From: Leptonemataceae bacterium
GTDB lineage: Bacteria > Spirochaetota > Leptospiria > Leptospirales > Leptonemataceae
Assembly (NCBI GenBank): GCA_965227295.1
Contig: OZ245742.1
Span: 1,408,001-1,472,000 of the forward strand
Reading direction: 5' to 3'
Length of the DNA: 64,000 bases
Part shown: in pieces, positions 62,970-64,000 of the stretch
Numbering within the stretch: the stretch's first letter is position 1
How the letters are laid out: every line of letters begins with the position of its first letter
Made by a program: the position numbers and the translations under genes
Notes under the pieces: generated by a model
Told to the model about the DNA's origin: nothing
Seen by the model: the letters and a program-made list of their open reading frames with translations, nothing else
The model's database searches: none

Positions 62970-63947
62970 ATGCAAAAGACAGCCCTGATTACCGGGATTA
63001 CAGGCCAGGACGGATCCTACCTGGCCGAGTTTCTTCTAAATAAAGGCTACAAGGTTTTCGGCATGGTCCGCCGATCCTCCACGGAAAACTTCGAGCGCCT
63101 GGAACACCTGCGGGACCGTGTGGAATTGCGGCAGGGGGACTTGCTCGATCAGCTCAGTTTGATCAACCTGATCGACGACACGCAGCCGGACGAAATTTAC
63201 AACCTGGCGGCGCAGTCCTTCGTGCCCACGTCCTGGACGAAACCGCTGCTCACCGGCGAGTTTACCGCCCTGGGCGTGACTCGCATGCTCGAAGCGGTTC
63301 GCACCGTAAACAAGAAGATCAAATTTTACCAGGCTTCCAGCTCCGAGATGTTCGGCAAGGTCCTGGAGGTTCCGCAAACGGAAACGACTCCGTTTTATCC
63401 GCGTTCGCCCTACGGCGTTGCCAAGGTTTACGGACATTTCATTACGGTAAACTACCGCGAGTCGTACGATCTGTTCGCCGTTTCCGGCATCCTGTTCAAC
63501 CATGAGAGCCCGCGGCGCGGCAAAGAGTTCGTAACGCGCAAAGTTTCGGACGGCGTCGCGCGCATTAAGCTCGGTCTTACCAACGAACTGCGCATGGGCA
63601 ACCTGGACGCGAAGCGCGACTGGGGTTTCGCCGGTGATTACGTCGAAGCCATGTGGCTGATGCTCCAACAGGATTCCCCGGACGACTACGTCATCGCCAC
63701 CGGAGAGACGCATACGGTCGAAGAGCTCGTGAAGGTAGCCTTCTCCCAGGCCGGTCTGGACTGGGAGAAGCACGTCGTAATGGATGAGCGCTTCCTGCGT
63801 CCGGCGGAAGTCGATCTCCTCGTCGGTGATCCGAAAAAGGCGAAAGAGAAGCTCGGCTGGGAACCGAAGGTGAGCTTCGAAGAACTCGTTCGCATGATGG
63901 TCGATTCGGACATCAAGCTCCTCGAAGAAAATCCGCGGCGGCGTTGA
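62970..63947 (+). CDS. gmd: GDP-mannose 4,6-dehydratase
   Basis: [70 protein letters not shown] before ATG 62970. Confidence 0.98.
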   Translation: MQKTALITGITGQDGSYLAEFLLNKGYKVFGMVRRSSTENFERLEHLRDRVELRQGDLLDQLSLINLIDDTQPDEIYNLAAQSFVPTSWTKPLLTGEFTALGVTRMLEAVRTVNKKIKFYQASSSEMFGKVLEVPQTETTPFYPRSPYGVAKVYGHFITVNYRESYDLFAVSGILFNHESPRRGKEFVTRKVSDGVARIKLGLTNELRMGNLDAKRDWGFAGDYVEAMWLMLQQDSPDDYVIATGETHTVEELVKVAFSQAGLDWEKHVVMDERFLRPAEVDLLVGDPKKAKEKLGWEPKVSFEELVRMMVDSDIKLLEENPRRR

Positions 63948-64000
63948 TACAGAATTCTTCGCGTCAGCGATGTGCAGGGTGGCCGAAGGCCAGTCCGCGC

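Overview
High-GC bacterial chromosomal segment, most likely an uncultured or Leptonema-like member of the Leptospirales. This is inferred from the gene order rplU-prp-rpmA-obgE-proB-proA-nadD-LytR_C-rsfS, from flgM and mrp, and from small proteins resembling Leptospira families. It is mostly housekeeping: translation and RNA modification, proline and NAD synthesis, two divergent peptide ABC-transporter operons, efp/epmB, lipid and sugar-nucleotide enzymes, two membrane PP2C phosphatases and a ~1,930-aa Ser/Thr kinase-AAA-GAF-adenylate cyclase. Accessory content: a vapBC toxin-antitoxin pair, a frameshifted IS1182-family element inserted into a REP-like palindrome, several short inverted-repeat elements, and two visibly lower-GC islets. 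The best candidate for an undescribed system is the islet at 40.9-42.5 kb, a two-gene operon pairing a stand-alone IrrE/ImmA-type zinc metallopeptidase with a divergent class III nucleotide-cyclase-like protein and no recognisable effector. The second islet (61.4-62.6 kb) is an operon of helical orphan proteins. I found no rRNA, tRNA or CRISPR array. All calls come from motif recognition by eye; no searches were run.
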